Assembly (NCBI GenBank): GCA_014905635.1
Contig: JABVCE010000019.1
Location: 434,001 to 498,000 of the forward strand
Reading direction: 5' to 3'
Length of the DNA: 64,000 nt
From: Scenedesmus sp. PABB004
Taxonomy: Eukaryota
How positions within the stretch are numbered: the stretch's first letter is position 1; each line of letters opens with the position of its first letter. Position numbers and translations under genes: made by a program. Of this stretch, positions 37,215 through 49,821 are shown piece after piece. The notes under the pieces were generated by a model that was given only the letters and a program-made list of their open reading frames with translations, was not told the origin of the DNA and did not search any database.

Positions 37215-37691
37215 GTTACACGGCGGGGCCCGGTACGCTTGTTGTAGTCAGTTGAAATAAAAGATAGTTGCAGTTGAAAAAAAAGATAGTTAGATTCGTA
37301 AAACAAAAGAGAGTTAGTCAGTTACACGGCGGGGCCCGGTACGCTCTGGGCGGTTGAGCGTCCCACATCGGGACGCCTGGCGGGCCTGACCAACTCCCGT
37401 CCCGCCACCGCACAAATTCCATACATGTCTTGTGCACATTTAGGTGTGCGAGGCCGCTCAGCGTGCGTGGCAGAGCGTGGACGCCACGCCACGGCGCGGG
37501 CCGTGGGGTGCGGGGGCCGCACGCGCGTCTGCGCGGCGCCGCGGCCTCCCCCTGCAGCGCGGCGCGCCGCGCGGCTCAGCGTGCATGTCAGAGATGTCTT
37601 GCGCGTCTCGCACGCGGGCGGTGGCGTCAAACCGCGCTCATCACGGGTGAGGGCACGCCGGCAGAGCGTCATTTCTCGCAACAGCAGGCGT
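37215..37691 (-). mobile_element. SINE-like repeat, copy 2 (segments B+A) plus a short extra 3' end
   Basis: GTTACACGGCGGGGCCCGGTACGCT at 37215 and 37321. 37450-37691 matches 34849-35088. Confidence 0.55.
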
Positions 37692-37867
37692 CAAAGGCGG
37701 TCGGGCAGAAGGACTCTTCCTGATGTTGACAAGCCTTTTCACGGCTCAAGAATGACAAAAGGGCCTTTTCGTCAATTTGACATATGCAATATATAGTAGC
37801 ATAAAGATTTTCGACGAGCACTGCACCCTCGGGGGTGCAATTCGTGTTGCCCCGTGGAAACTATGCC

Positions 37868-37941
37868 GCTCCACTAGCTCAGTCGGTTAGAGCGTGGGTC
37901 TTATGAGCCCAAGGCCGCGGGTTCGAGCCCCGCGTGGAGCA
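37868..37941 (+). tRNA. tRNA-Ile (anticodon UAU), intronless
   Basis: Full cloverleaf: GCTCCAC/GTGGAGC acceptor, GCTC/GAGC D stem, TGGGT-CTTATGA-GCCCA anticodon arm, GCGGG-TTCGAGC-CCCGC T arm, discriminator A. TTTT lies about 10 nt downstream. Confidence 0.97.
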
Positions 37942-38667
37942 GAGCCCCCGGTTTTGGGGTTTAGGGTTAAACGTCCTGGCGCCCCGCGCCCCCTGCGCCC
38001 GCCTGGGGGGGCCCCCGGGGCCCCGGCAGCGCGCGGCGGCCGGGCGGATGCGATCGATCTGAGCGCGGCCGCCGATCTGTGCAGCTGTTCATCTGCCGCT
38101 CGTTGTCGCGCCGCCCGGCCCGCTGCGTTGTTGCCCGCCCGCCGTTACACGCGGCAGCAGCGAGCCGAGACAGACACACCGGCGCGGCGCGCGCCGCCGC
38201 CGCCGCGCGCGGTGCCGCCGCTGCCCTCTGGCGCGGCGGCGGGCCGGCGGGCGCCGGCGCCGGCGGGCGCGCCGGCCTCGCACACGCGCCGCGCGCCTCT
38301 ACTCTAACCGCGCGCGCGCGCCAACCCCAGCCCTCTCATGCGCAGCGCGGCCGCCGCGGGTCCAGAGACGCACGGCCCCGCCGCGCGCGCGCGCGCGCCC
38401 CCGGCAGCAGCGCAGCCGGCTGCTCCAGCCGCGCGGGGCGCGCGCCCAAAAACGGCGCCGCGGCGGGGGCCGCCGCCCCCAGGGCCGGCTGCGCCGCGGG
38501 CCGCCCTCTCGCGCCGCCCGCCCCGTGCTCCTCCTCCTCCTCCTGCACCGCCTCGCCGCGCCCGCCGCCGCACCGGCGCCGGCGGGCCGCGGCTCGGCCG
38601 CCTCCCTCGCGCCGCCGCCGCCCGGCGCGCAGCAGCACCCAGCTGCCGTCAGACAGCGTTTGCGTGC

Positions 38668-40674
38668 TTACTGCTTGAGCTGCGCGTACCAGAGGCCGGT
38701 GATCTTGATGTCCTTGGGCGCCTGCGCGGCGGGGCGGGGGGCGCGGGCGCGGGCGGGCGCGGGCGGGCGCGGGCGGGCGCGGGCGGGCGCGTCGGCACGC
38801 GCGGCGCGGGCGCGGCGAGCTCCGACCCAGGCGCCACGCGGCGCGGCGCGTGCAGCGCGGCGCGGGGTGGCCGCGCACCTTGGCGCCGAGGTCGGTGTCG
38901 CTGGGCTGGATAGACTCAAACACGCCCGCGATCTCGCCGGTCGCGGGGTCGACCTTGGCGACGCTGAACACGGCGGAGCCTGCGCGCGCGCGCGGCGGCA
39001 GCAACGCACGATGCAGCGCGTGGGCGGCCGGGCGTGCGCGCGCGGAGAGACGACCACCCAGCAGCCAGCGGCGCGCGGCGGGGCCCCGGCGCGCGCACCC
39101 TTGCTGGACGCGGCGCTCTTCGCGTTCTCCTTGGCCAGCTCCTCGTCGTCGGAGCGCGCCGGCAGCGCGACGGCGTTGTCGTAGCCGGTCGACGCGCCGC
39201 GGCCCTGCGTGCGGCGGCGGGCGCGGCGGCGGGCGCACCGTCGTCAGCGCGGCGCGGGCGTGCGGCGGGGCCGGGGGCTCTCTCCCGCGCGCTGCCGGCC
39301 CTGGGCCCCCGGCCCGGCACCCTAGGGTGCTTGCTATCAAAAGGGCCCACGCACCTTGGGGTCGAGGAAGGACGAGCCGCGGTAGCTCGGCACCACAAAC
39401 TCGCCGCCGAACGCGTCGAGCGTGCCCTTGGCGTCCAGGGACTTGACCGTGAACAGGAACGGCACGCGCTCGCCGCCGGGCAGCTGCACGGTCACGGGGG
39501 CGTAGTCGATGCCGTCGGTCTCCTTGAGCTCGACGTTGCCCGAGCCGTCGACCTTGACGGTGCCCGACATCTGCGGGCCGCGCGAGCAAACGCGCACGCG
39601 GCAGCGCGGCGGCGGCGGCGGCGGCTGAGCAGCGCGCGCCAGCGCGCGGCACGCCGAGCCCGCGCGCCCGGCCCCGCCGCGGTCCACCCCGCCGCACGGC
39701 CTCCCCCGCGCGCTGTGCGTGCTGCGCTGTGGTCGCGCGCCTGGTCGAGGGTGTAGGTGAGGCGGGTCATGAGCTTGGTCTTGACAAACTCGGTGCGGCC
39801 GTCCTTGAACTGGCTGTCCTCCTTGACCGTGAAGCTGGTGGGCTCCATGCAGAACTTGTCAAACCTGGCGCGGCGGCGGGCGCGGGCCGGGGTGGGCGCG
39901 CGGCGCGAGGCGCGGCGGGCGGGGCAGCGCGGCGGCGGGGCGCGCGCGGGCGGCGGCGCTGCTGCTGTGCGCTGCGCCGAGCGGCGGGCGCGGCGGCTGC
40001 GCGCGTGGCGGTGCGCACTTGTAGGTGCCGGCCTTGAGGTCCTTGAGGTTGGTGCTGCCGGCCTCGATGACGGGGCAGGTGTTGGCGATGCCCGTGCCCT
40101 TGACCTGCAGGTAGGTCAGGCCCTGGAGGTCATCGTAGGACAGCGCCTGGGCGGACTGCGGGGAGCGATCGCGCGGCGGCGGCGGCGCGGGGCGCGTCGG
40201 GCGCGGCGCGCGGGCGCCGCGCAGCTGCCGGCGGCGGCGCTCGCGTGCAGCATGCGCGCGCCGCGGCGCCAGATGGTGGCGCCCGGGGGCCCCCGCGGGA
40301 GCAGCGCCGGCCGGGATTGCGCGCGCCGCGCCGCGCGGGCGCGCGGGCTGTGCGCGGGGCCGGCCGGGGCGCAGCTGATCGTCGCGGCACTCACGCCCGC
40401 CAGCAGCGAGGTGGCCACGACGGCGGCGGCGGCCTTGCTGAAGTCGGCCTTCTGCGCCTTGCACACCACGGCGCGGGCCCTGCGCGGGGCGCGCGGTGGC
40501 GAGCGCGCAGGCAGCATCCTGTTGCTGCTCCGCCCGGCGCGCTGCGGCGCCCATTGGCCCACGCCGGCTCCCGAGACCGCCGGGCCGGCGGGACGCGCAA
40601 TCGCGGCCGCACCTGGAGCCGCGGGCGACGCTGCCGGTGCAGGCGCCGGCCTGCGCGCGCATAGTCAGGGCCAT
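38668..40674 (-). CDS. psbO: Photosystem II oxygen-evolving enhancer protein 1 (multi-exon)
   Basis: [98 protein letters not shown] (poly(A) signal on -) at 38145. Confidence 0.98.
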
Positions 40675-40845
40675 GGCTGCGTGATGGGGGCGGGCGCGGG
40701 TGGAGATGGCGGCGGCGAGGGTGTGGGAGCGGCGTGGCGGACGCAGGCGGGCCAAACGGGACGCGCGACCGCAGATCCAGGTCGGGCCAGGTTTAGCGGT
40801 TTAGCGGGCAGCAGACTGGTCGCGAGCGCGGCGCTCGCGTCGCGC

Positions 40846-43418
40846 TCACGCACGTCTGTTAACGGCCGCACGAGCGGCGGGCGCCGGCGCCGGCGGCGCG
40901 CCGCCACCAGCGTCGCCGGCGTGCGCGGCGGCGCACGCGCGTGCGGCGGCGCCGACCAGCGCCGCCTTGCCGCCCACCAGCGCCACCAGCACGCCCGCCG
41001 AGTCGGGCACGGCGCCCCAGAGGCGGCCGTAGAAGGCGGCGCGGCCAAAGCCCAGCGGCGGCTCGCCCCCGTCCGCCGTCGCTCCATCGCCGCCGTCGCC
41101 GTCACCGCCAAACGCGGCGTCGCCGTCCTCCAGCCGCTGCGTGAGCAGATGAGCCGCAGCGGGGGTGAGCCCGTGCGCCAGCGCGGCGGCGAGCGCGGCG
41201 GGCGCGTCGCCGGCGGCGACCCACAGCACGCGCAGCGCCTGGCGCGGCGTGAGCGCGTTGAGCAGCTGGCTCAGGCGCGCGCCCAGGCCCAGCGCGGCGG
41301 CCGCGGAGCCGCCGAGCGCCGCCAGCAGCAGCTGCCGCTGCGCGGACGCCTCGCGCGCCCACCACGCGGGGCCGGCGGCCAGCAGGCGGCACGGCCCCGC
41401 CGCGTCGGCCCCGTCCGCCGCGCATGCCGCGCCCGCGTATGGCGGCGGCGGCGGCTCCAGCGGCGGCTCCAGCGGCGGCTCCGGCGGCAGCTCCAGCAGC
41501 GGTTCGAGCGGCGGCTCCGGCGACTCCAGCGGCTCCTCCCGCTGCTGCAACCCCGCCGCGGCCGCCTCGCCCAGCGCCACCAGCTCCTCCAGCGCCGCCG
41601 CCTCAAATGCATCCAGCTCCAGCGGGGCCGCCCCTTCGCCCCGCGCATGCTGCGGCCCGGGGCCGGCCGCGCCGCCCGCCGCGCCACCGTCGAGCCGCCG
41701 GCGCTTGCCGCCGCCGCCGCCTGGCTCTGCCGGCTCCCGCTCAGGCCGCTGCGGCGGTGGCCGCCAGGGCGGCACGCCGCGCAGCAGCAGCTCCGCCGCC
41801 TCCGCGCCGGTGGCCGCGAGCAGCTGGCGCAGCAGGTACTGCTGCTGGTGCGGCGGTGCGGCCTGCAGCGCCGCGCTGAGCGGCGACGTCCACCAAAAGT
41901 TGACCGCCAGCGTCATGCCTGGCGGTGGCGAGAGCGGCGGCGGCAGCGGCGGCGGCAGCGGCGGCGCGCTCGCAGCTCCGCCGCCATGCCAGGGCGCGCT
42001 GGCTCGGCACGGCCACGGCTGCCCGCCATGCTTGGGCACGGGCCCCGCGCGGCCCCGCCCCGCCCCGCCCCGCCCCGCCGCGCGCCGCGCACCGTCGCTG
42101 TCGATTTGGTGCCACCAGCCCTCAGGAATGAACAGAGCGTCCCCCGGGCCGAGGCTCACGCGCAGCGCCGCGCGCAGCGCGTGCCTGCGGCGCGGGTGCG
42201 CCGGCGGCGCGCGGCTGCGACGGTGGCGGCGCTGGGCCCCCTCTGGCGGCGACGCCGGGCCGTCCGCGCGCTGCGCCCTCTGGCGGCGGCGCCCCGCGCG
42301 GCTGCGCGCGCCCCCGGCCGCGCGCCCACGGCCGCGCGCCCGGGCCTGCGGCGCGGCGCGGCACGCGCAGGGACTCACCCGTACGCCGGGTGGGCCTCCG
42401 CGGCGTCGGGCGCGTCAAAGTCGACGCCGCTGTGGTTGGCCGCCTCGCCGCCGAGCGGGCGCGGCGACAGGCCGAGCGCCGCGCCCGGCGGCAGCAGCGT
42501 CGCGGCCTTGCGCCCCGACGCGACGACGAGCAGGCCGTGGTGGGGGTCATAGTGCAGCCCGCTGCGGCTCGGCCTGTGGCGCGGCGGCGGCGGCGGCGGC
42601 GGCGGCGCGCAGAGGCGGAGTGTGGCAGCCGCTCGCGGGCCGAGTCGGCAGCGCCACGCGGGCGCGGCGACGCAGGCGGCCCGTGCGCGCACCGACTGCT
42701 GAACCAGAGGTTGACCGAGCTCAGCGGCTTGCCCTGGAGCACCGCCGGCGTCGGCACGTCGCGCAGCAGCGGCGCGAGGCCTGCGCGCGAGCGCACGCGC
42801 GCGGCGGCGGCGGCGCGCCGGTCGGGCGCGGCGCGCGGCGCGCGGCGCGCCGGCCGGGAGGCCCTCCGGCCCGCCGGCGCCCGCACCCGGGTCGCGCAGC
42901 GACTGCTGCGCCAGGTACAGGTGGGGCGGAGGCGCCGCCGCGGCGCCGCCACCGCGCCCGCGCTGCTCCCCCTCTCCCTGCTCCTCCACCGCCGCCGCCG
43001 CCGCGTCTTGCTGCGGCGGCGGCGCCAGGTTGAGCAGCTCGCGCAGGCTGCAGCGCACCGACTCGTGGCGCTGGATGTCGCCGTAAAAGGTGGACGTGGG
43101 TGAGTACATCGCCTGATCGCCAGGCAGCGCGCGGCGGCGTGGAGCGCAGTCAGCGCGCGGCGGCGTGGAACGCAGGCGCGGCGGAGCGCGGCGTGCGGCG
43201 CGGCGCGGCACCTGCACTTGCGCGTCGCCCGCGGTGGCGGCGAGGTGCGCCAGGCCGGCGGGCCCCGCCCAGCGCGACAGCGCGGGCCAGCCGGCGGCGA
43301 GGCCGTGCAGCAGCGCGGGCACGCAGCGCGCCTCCGCGTCGGCAAACACCGCCGCGGCGTCGGGCTGGTCCGACGGGGCTGCCGCTGCCGGCGGCGGCGG
43401 CGGCGACGGCGCCGCCAT
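40846..43418 (-). CDS. JmjC/cupin-like 2-oxoglutarate dioxygenase (multi-exon)
   Basis: PALLHGLAAGWPALSRW, LYLAQ, SVNLWF, SGLHYDPHHGLL (HxD), LGPGDALFIPEGWWHQIDS, LAVNFWW. Confidence 0.9.
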
Positions 43419-43658
43419 GGCGGGAGTGCGGCGGGCGCGGCGGCGCTCGCTCACGCAGGCAGCAGCGCCACGCGTCATGACGCCGGCGCCGGACCCGAGC
43501 TGCCGACCAGGCGCCACACCCCGACGCGGAAGCTGCACACGCGACGCAACAGCCACGCGACCCACCTGCAGCGCCCCCGGGCGGCGGCGGCAGCAGCGGC
43601 GACGCCCGCGGCGCCGGCGGCGGCCCCGCCGCGCCGGAGGCTCGGGCGGCGCCACTCC

Positions 43659-46600
43659 ATGCAGGCGGAGCTCGTCTGGCCCGTCCTGGGCCGGCTGGCC
43701 GAGTGCGGCGCGCTGCTGGCGATCGGGCACGCGCTGCGATCGGCCGGCCTGTTCTCGGCCACCGACGCGGAGGTGCGCGCCCCCGCGGATGCCCGCCACC
43801 GCCGCACGGCAACAATCGGCTCACGACGCCCCCGCCCGCCCGGCCGCAGGCGGCGCAGCGGCTCGCAGGCTTCCTGACGCTGCCGGCGGCGCTGCTCGTG
43901 GCGTGCGCGGCGTGAGCGCCGCTGCCGCGGACCCCGGCCTGCCGCCTGCCGGCGCCTCGCTCTGCCCCGGCCGCCGGCAGCTCACGCCGTTGCCCCCGCT
44001 GCTGCTGCTGCTGCTGCTGCTGCGCGCAGGCTGCCGCCGGCGCCGTGGCCCGTGCTGCTCGGCGCGCCGGTCGTCGCCGCCGCGTCGGCGGCGGCCGCCG
44101 CGTTTGCGTGGTGCGCACGGCCCCGCGCCGGCGCCGCACGCGGGCCGCGCGCGCCCCCGCGCTCCCGCGCGCCCACCACCGCCCGGCCGCGCCCCCGCCC
44201 GCGCCGCGCGCAGGCTCCGCTTCGGCCGCCGCCACCCGCGCGAGCGCGCGGTGCTCGCGGGCGCGTCGGTCGGCGCCGACGCGCCGTGCGTCGCGCTGCC
44301 GCTGCTTGACGCGGTCGCGGGGCCCGCCGGCCTGCTCGCCGGCGCCGCGGCGGTCGCCGCCAACGCGCTCGCGGGTGCGCCCCCGCCGCGCCGCGCCGCG
44401 CCGCTCCCCCGCCGCAGCGCGCCCCCGCCGCGCGTCCGGCCCACGCAGCGACTCCCGTCGCCGCCGCCTCGCCCCCGCTCTCTCCCGCGCCCGCACTCCC
44501 TCCCGCTCCCCTGCAGTGTGCGGCGGGTCGTACCTGCTGACCGCGTCGGCGGGGCCGGCCTTCCCGGAGGCGTACGCGCACGCCGACGGCGGGCGCTACC
44601 GCGGCGAGTGGCGGGGGCTGAACAAGGAGGGGCTCGGCGTGTACAGGTGAGCGGCGGCGCCGGCTGCGGCCACGCAGCTGTGCGTGCGCGTGCCTGCGTG
44701 CGCGCGTGCGCGCGTGCGCGCCTGCGTGAGCGGCTGCGCCGGCTGCACGTGCGGCTGTGCATGCGGCTGCGCGTGCGTGGCTGCGCGTGCGGCGCGCGCG
44801 GGCCGGAGGCCCGGGCTCCCGCGCGCCGCCGCCGCGCCCGCGCTCCCTCTCACGCGCCCGCACCCCCCCCCCCCCCCCCCCCCCCACCCACCCACCCACG
44901 CGCGCGCCCGGTGCGCGCCTCACGCCTCCACACCAGCTACCCGAGCGGCGCGCGGTACGAGGGCGAGTGGCGGGCCAACCTCAAGGACGGCCGCGGCGTG
45001 TACTACTACCCAAAGGCGCGGGGGGTGCTTTGACTGACTGGGCTCCCCTTAAAGCTCCAATTGAAGCTGGTGTTTGACTGGGCGCTTGTGCAGTGTTTTC
45101 CATTGGGTTTGGTGTGGCCGCGGTGCTGGTGACTGCGGCCGCGACCGCCGCACACGGGCTGGTGGGGGGGACTGAGGCGGCCGCCGCGCACGCGCCGCGC
45201 GCAGGGCGGGACGTACGAGGGCGAGTGGGCGGGCGGCGTGATGGCGGGCACGGGCCTGCGCACGTACGCGACCGGGCGCGTCGCCGCGGGGCGCTGGGAG
45301 GGCGGCGCGCTCGCGTCGCCGCTGGAGCTCTGGCAGTGCGCGACCGCGGCGGAGGGCGCGGCCGAGGCGGCGCTCGCCGCGCGCAGGTGGGGCCCGCCGC
45401 GCGGCTGGGGCGGGCCGCTGCGCACGCGCGCGCCCACGCGCGCGCCCATGCCCGCGCACCAGGGTCGTCGTCGGCGGCGGGCGGCCCGCCGACGCCGCGG
45501 CGCTGCTCGTGGCGCAGCCGGCGCTGTGGGCGGCGCTTGCGGGGCTGGCGGTCAACGCCGCGGCGCTGCCGCTGCCGCCGCCCGTCGCGGCGCTCGCGGG
45601 CGCGCTCGCGCCGGCAAACCGACCCCTCATGCTGCTCTCGGCCGGCATGCTGCTCGCGCCGGCCGCGCCGCAGGGCCGTCAGGTGGGCGCGCGCCGCTCG
45701 CCGGCCCCGCGCAGCGCAGCCGCTGCGCGCGCCGTGCTGCGCCTGCGTTTGCGCGTGCCGCGCGTGCTGTGCGTGCTGCGTGCCGCGCGGCGTGTGTTGA
45801 GGAGCCCAGTGATGCATCACCACTCACGAGAGGGCCGCAGCCAACCATCGGTGCCCTGGCCGGCACGAGCCCAGCGGCCCCCGGGGCCCGGCCCGCCCAC
45901 GGCCACACCCCTGCCTTGCCCGCCCACCGCCCCGGCCGGCGGGCGCGGCCGGGCTCCGGCCCGCTGGGTGGCCTGATGTCTCACATGTTATGAGATCTGA
46001 GGGCTCGCGTTTGAGTTACGAGAGTCTGAGCTGTCGCCGTCGCTGCTGCACCTGTGTGCTCGCCGCGGCGCGCGCCCTCACGCGACCCGCCCCCGCCTCC
46101 GCACCCACTCTCCCCTGCCGCCGCCAGGTCGCTGACGTCGTCGCGCTGGCCGCTGCGCGGTCGGTCGCGGCGCTCGGCGCGACGTCGCTCGCGCTCGCGG
46201 CCGCGCCGGGCGCGGGCCACCCGGCCGGCGCGCTCTCGCTGCTCGCCGCGGCCGTCGTGCTGCTGAGCCCCGTGCCCGCGGCGGCGGGCGAGTTTGCGCG
46301 CAGCTTCAGGCTGAGTGAGCCCCTCGCGCGCGCCTGCCGCGACGCGAGCGTCGTCGCCGCCGCGCCGCTGCTCGTGGGCCTCGCCGCCGCCGCGGGCGGG
46401 CTCGGGCTGCTGCCGCCGCCCGCGGCGCCGACGGCGGGCGGCGCGCTGCCGGCGCCGGGCGGCGCCGCCGCCGACGCGGGTGCGCGCGGCGCGCGGGGCG
46501 CGTGGCGCGGCCGCGCGCGCGGCGCTGGGAGCCGCGCCACTCACGCGGCCGCGTGCCCCGCAGGCACGCTGCTGGCGGCGGGCATGCTCGTTCTGGCCGC

Positions 46601-47312
46601 CATCATCGCCGTCGGCGCGGGGGTCGTCACCGAACGCCTGTCGCCTGAGCGCGGCGCCGTGCTGCGCTACGCGGGCCCGCCCGTGCCGGCGGCGGCGCCA
46701 GCAGCGGACGAGGGCAGCGGCGCCGGTGGCGGCGGGGGTGGCCCGGCGCCGGCGCCGCGCCCGCGGCGTTGCGGCACGGGCGGCGCAGCGGCGCCGGCGG
46801 TGCCGGCAGCGGCTGTGCCGACGGCCTGCCGCAGGCGCCGTGGCGGCGGGGGCGGCTGCTGCCTGGCGCCGGCGCGCCAGCAGGGCGGCCGTGCGCAGGC
46901 AGGCGGCGGCCGCTCGCGGCGGCGGCGGCGGCGGTGCAGCAGCTGGCGCGCTCGCGCGGCGGCTGTGCTGGCGCGGCTGCCGCGGCGCGGGGGCGGCCGG
47001 CGGGTCTGCTGTGCTGAAAAAGCGCACGTGCGGAGCCCCGCGCCCGCCGCCACGAGGCAATCGATTGCCTGCAGGTGGCCGCTCACTCACTCTCCGCACG
47101 CCACCAGTCCCGCGCGCACACCCGTCCGACAGCCACCCCAGCGCGTCTCAGCGCCAGCCGCACGCGCGTCCGCGACACCGATCACGCGCATCCGCGACAC
47201 CGATCACGCGCAGTCCTGCCCAGCCCCTCGCGTCCGCCAGCCGCCGCGCGCGCGTCCGCCGCGCCCCGTTTGCTGTCCCGCCGCCCGCCTCCCTCACTTG
47301 CCTGCGCGGTAG
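43659..47312 (+). CDS. AEC/PIN/PILS-like membrane transporter with central MORN repeats (multi-exon; 3' end uncertain)
   Basis: Hydrophobic helices (LAGFLTLPAALL; QPALWAALAGL; ANRPLMLLSAGMLL; LLSPVPAA) flank MORN repeats RYRGEWRGLNKEGLG, RYEGEWRANLKDGRG, TYEGEWAGGVMAGTG. Confidence 0.7.
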
Positions 47313-49537
47313 ACCGCCCACTGCGGGGGGCGACACGGCCGCGGCGGCAGCCGTGCGGTTTGCGCAGGCCCGCGCGCGACGGCGCAGCCGGCAGCGCGGC
47401 GCGCAGGTGGCAGCACGACGCGCAGGTGGCAGCGCGCCGCGGCGCGCCTGCGCGGCCATCCGCGCCGCCTGGCCGGGCGTGAAGCGGAGCATGCAGGCGT
47501 CGTAGCTGTAGTCCTGCAAGCGGCGCGGGGCGGGCTTCTCGCGCTCGCCGCAGCGCTCACGGCGTCCCGGCGCGCCCCTGCTATCCGTCCGAGCCGCAGC
47601 TGGCGCGCAGCGTCGACCGTTGAGCCCTGAACCACCCTGAACCTAAACCCTGAAAAATCCCGAACCCTGAGCCGCACCATGAAGTTGTCGATCGGGTCCA
47701 GCCCCGGCAGCGCGGCGCAGCTGTCGCGGCCGACGGGGCAGCCCGCCGCGCCGCTCGCCTCGGCCGGCGTGTCTGCGCGCGCGCGGCGCCGCGGCGGCGG
47801 GGCGCGCTCGCGGCCGCGGTCGCCGGGGGCCGCCGCCGCCGCCGCCGCCGCGCCCGGGTTGGCCCAGAGCCGAGCGGGGGCGCGCGCCCGGCGCGGCGCG
47901 CACCTGCCACAAAGTCGCCGCCGGCGGTCCCCGAGCGCGCGCAGCCGCCCTGGCGCCGGCGGGTGAGCGCGGCGTCGCCGGGGGCTGGCCCTAAACCCGC
48001 GGGCGGCGGCCGCCCTGCAGCGCCCTGCGCCTCCCGCCCACCTGGAAGGTGTGGTACAGACCCAGCCAGTGCCCGACCTCGTGCACGACCGTGTCGCCCT
48101 GCTCCAGGGTTAAGGGTTGCAGGGTTGGGCGTTGCGTGGTGGGACGCGCGCGCGCGCGCGGGTGCGTGCGCACGCTGGGTGCTTAAACCCTGCGCCCTGC
48201 TTGAGCCCCCCGCACCTGGTTGTAGTTGGTCGCGGGGCCGCCCGGCAGCGCACTCCAGCGCACGACCACGCCGTCGCGCGCCGGCGCAGCGGCGTAGTTG
48301 GCAGGGAACGTCGACCAGCCGAGCAGCGCGTTGTTGGTCGGGTCGCCTGCGCTCGTGCGGCGGGCCCTGCGCGGTGGGCCGTGCACGCAGCGCCGCGCGG
48401 CGGGGCCGGCAGCAGGCGCGCCGGCTGCGGGGCGCCTCGGCGGCGCACCGGCGGGGCCCCAGGTCCACACGTTGAGCGTCGCCGCGCCGCCGAGGCGCAG
48501 CTGCTGCTTGAGCGCGGCCTCCTGCGCGGAGCCAATCTTGGTGGTGAACACGGCCAGGCTGGCGCTGCGCTGCGTGGCCGACGCGAGGGCAAAGGTCACG
48601 CCCGCCGGCGCAAAGGCGGCGTTGAGCACAGCGACCTGCTCCGCGACCTGGCCCGCGCCCACCACGCCCTGCGCGCGCGCGCGGCCGCGACGGCGGCCGT
48701 CGGCGGCCGCGCGCGCGGCGCGGGTGCGGGCGAGGGGCGCAGGCGCGCGCGTCGGCGCGTGCAGCGGCGCCGCGCCTGGCCGTCCGCTGTGGTGATGATG
48801 CGGAAGTGGACGGGGATGATGATGGGCGCGGACGCGGCCGCGAGCCCCGAGCGCGCCGCGCCCGCCGCGCGGGCCGCGGCCTGGCGCGCAAAGTGGCGCT
48901 CCGCGCCGCCGCGCTGCTCGGGCGTGCCCTCGTCGGTCTCGCAGCGGCGGAAGCCGCCCGCCGGCGGCCGCGCGGCCGCCGCGGACGCCGCCGCGGCGGT
49001 GGCGGCGCGCGCGGCGCCGGCGCCGCCCGCCGGCGGCGCCGCGGCCGGGAGCGGCGCGGCCGGGAGCGGCGCGGGCGGCGACAGCGGCGCCAGCCTGGCG
49101 GCGCGGCCGGCGGGCAGCTGGCGCAGGCGGCGCAGCGCGCCCGGCGGGCCGGCGTCGGCGGCGGCGGCGTCCATGGCGACGGCGGCGCCGGAGTCGGCGT
49201 CGGCGCTGTCGTCGTACTCGCCGCCGTCGTCACTCGGCAGGGCACCGATGTAAGTCCACTCGTCTTCCTCGCCGCCGTACGCGGCGTCGCCCGGCGCGTC
49301 GTCGCCCCACCGCAGGACGTCCGCGAGGCGCGTGGGCAGGTCGGCCGCCGCGAGCTCGAGCTCGCCCAGCGCCGGCAGCGCCGCCTCCGCCGCCGCGGCG
49401 GCGGCGGCCGCGCCGTCGTCGTCGAGCGGCGCCGGCATGCCGTCGAGCGCCGCGCCGCGCGTGCCAGGCAGGGCCGCGAGCCCCGCACAGGTGGCCAGCA
49501 GCAGGAGGGCCACCGGGAGCCGGAGGGCGCGCCGCAT
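47294..49537 (-). CDS. Secreted zinc metalloprotease, M43 (ulilysin/pappalysin-like) (multi-exon)
   Basis: Signal peptide, RRCET propeptide Cys, [60 protein letters not shown] (Met-turn). Confidence 0.93.
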
Positions 49538-49821
49538 CGTGCTGTCTGCTGCGGCGCGCGGAGCGGCCGCCTGCGCCCGGCGGTGCGTGGCAGCCCGCGG
49601 GCGCCACGCCTGCAGTGAGAGGGGCCTCGGAGGGAGCTCTGGCCGCGCTCTGTCGGGCTGGCGCCGGGCGCGCGCGCGGGGCCCTCGCGCGGGAAGGGCC
49701 GCGGCCGCGCACCTGAGCAGCTTCGCGTCTCAGCGACACCACCAGGAGCTTCTCTGAGTCGCGGGGAGTCGCAGGGTGCGTCAATGTGCGGCGGGGGCCG
49801 CGCGGCAAGGAGGGCGGCCGG

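Noticed and set aside
37600..37867. Hammerhead/HDV ribozyme or U2/U5 snRNA resemblance
   Set aside because: Core motifs are incomplete (no CUGANGA..GAAA, no GG after the putative P1, no GCCUUUUAC loop).
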